Origin: Mobula hypostoma
Taxonomy: Eukaryota
DNA length: 64,000 bases
Assembly (NCBI RefSeq): GCF_963921235.1
Contig: NC_086109.1
Location: 21,206,001 to 21,270,000 of the forward strand
Reading direction: 5' to 3'
Part shown: one piece after another, positions 62,295-64,000 of the stretch
How positions within the stretch are numbered: position 1 is the stretch's first letter
Layout: each line of letters begins with the position of its first letter
Position numbers and translations under genes: made by a program
Notes under the pieces: generated by a model
Told to the model about the DNA's origin: nothing
What the model saw: only the letters and a program-made list of their open reading frames with translations
Database searches by the model: none

Positions 62295-63574
62295 AACTAA
62301 CAAGATAACTTCGCTCAACTTTACTTGCCCCGTCATTGAAATGTTCCCACAACCAATGGATTCACTTTCAAGGACTCTTATTTATAGAGATACAGTGGGG
62401 AATAGGCCCTTCTGGGCCTCTGAGCCACACTTCCCCCAATTTAATCCTAGCCTAATCAGAAACAATTTACAATGACCAAATGGTACAACTTTGGACTGTG
62501 GGAGGACACTGGAGCACCCGGTGGAAATTCACGCGGTCAAGGGGCGAATGTACAAATTCCTTACAGGGAGAGGTGGGAATTGAACCCCAGTCACCGTTGC
62601 TGTAAAGCACTGTGCTATATCCACCACTCTACTGTGCTGCCCCAACTCTTCATCTTATGTTTTTGATATTTATTGCTTATTTATTATTATTATTTCTTCT
62701 TTTTGTATCACACAGTTTGTTGGCTTCTGCAATCTGTTTGAACGCTCCAGCAGGGTGGTCTTTCATTGATTCTGTTATGGTTATTATTCTATAGATTTAT
62801 TGAGTATCCCCATATAATGAATCCTAGGGTTGTATATGGTGATATATATGTACTTTGATAAGGAGAATCTTCCGGAGGGAAGGCCTCAAAATCCCCGGCT
62901 TTGCCTGTTGTGGGCGACCGAGAATAGTTCGGACAGAGATGCTGCACGGTACTCGGTGTCGGAGAGCTGATCGGATGCTCGAAGTTTTCAGATGACTCAG
63001 ATTCGGACTGTGGTCAGGTATGGCAGGGAGAGTTTTTCTTCCTTCTCCCGTCTGCGTGAGATGTGGGAAATTTGAGAGACTTTGAACTTTTTACTGTGCT
63101 CATGGACTTCTTCATCAAGTTACGGTATTGTTGCACTGTTGTACCTATATGTTATACTTATGTGGTTTTGTTAGTTTTTTCAGTCTTCGTCTGCCCTGTG
63201 TTTTGTGATATCACACCGGAGGAAATATTGTATCATTTCTTAATGCATGCATTACTAAATGACAATAAAAGAGGACTGCGTGTCTTCATAATCTAAAATT
63301 TACTTTGAACTTCTTGAACTTTCAAAATAGTAGGAGACCTCAGTGGGCCACCCTAGGAGCGGGGTCTCGACCAAAATTGTTGACTGTCCATTACCTTACG
63401 CAGATGCTGCCTGACCAGTTCAGTTCTTCCAGCATCTTGTTTGTTGCTCCTGATTCCACCATTTCCCATCTCTTGTGTCTCCATCACGAGACTAATAACC
63501 TAGTTTAGAAAACTTCGCCTGACATTCTTGAGTGGTAATTGGCTGCTTCATTTCCTGCATTACAACAGAGGCAG

Positions 63575-64000
63575 GATCAGAATCAGAATCAGGTTTGCTG
63601 GCACTGGCATACACCGCGAGATTCGGTTTTTTGTGGCAGCAGTACATCGTGACATAAAAAATAGTATAAGTTACAAAAAAATGTGCAAAAGAGGAATAGG
63701 AAGGTAGTGTTTACGGACAGTTCAGAAATCTAATGGCAAGAGAAAAGAAACTGTTCCTGCAATGCTGAGTGTGGGTCTTCTGGCTCCTATATCTCCTCCC
63801 TGATGGTAGCAATGAGAAGAGAGCATGCTCCATTTGATGAGTGTCCTTAATGACAGATGCAACCTTGTTGATATACCATGGTTTGAAGTTGTCGACAATA
63901 GTGGGGAGGGTTATGCCCATGAAGGAGACGGCTAAGTCTATAACCCTCTGAAACTTCATACAGTTCTGTGCATTGGATCCCCCATGACAGGAGGTGAGGT
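63575..64000 (-). mobile_element. Rex1-like LINE 3' end running off the window edge
   Basis: KFQRVI..SVIKD.H..HALFSLLPSGRRYRS..RNSFF..AIRFLN; (ctgatt)n tail. Confidence 0.75.

Overview
This is eukaryotic, repeat-dense genomic DNA. The repeat repertoire (CR1, Rex1/Babar-like LINEs, HE1-type tRNA SINEs, Deu-type SINE relics) suggests a cartilaginous fish, probably a ray; that assignment is an inference. I found no intact host protein-coding gene, so the window reads as intergenic or deep intronic, and most ORFs in the track are spurious or are decayed transposon ORFs. It contains: CR1, L1, Tx1 and Rex1-like LINE fragments; two decayed Gypsy LTR retrotransposons and two solo LTRs; hAT-, mariner/Tc1- and Chapaev3-like DNA transposon derivatives; several SINE families; and many Penelope-like element (PLE) derivatives. 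The most striking signal is a set of candidate self-cleaving ribozymes carried by retroelements. First, minimal hammerhead motifs (CUGANGA...GAAACGUC) occur in at least two, possibly three, PLE families. One family has about a dozen 70-330 bp non-coding derivatives, many of them fold-backs with target-site duplications (TSDs), and one folds back exactly at the predicted cleavage site. Second, HDV-like double-pseudoknot candidates sit at the 5' ends of RTE-type non-autonomous elements, with covarying P1/P2 helices between two families. All structures were read by eye and need covariance-model and cleavage-assay confirmation.
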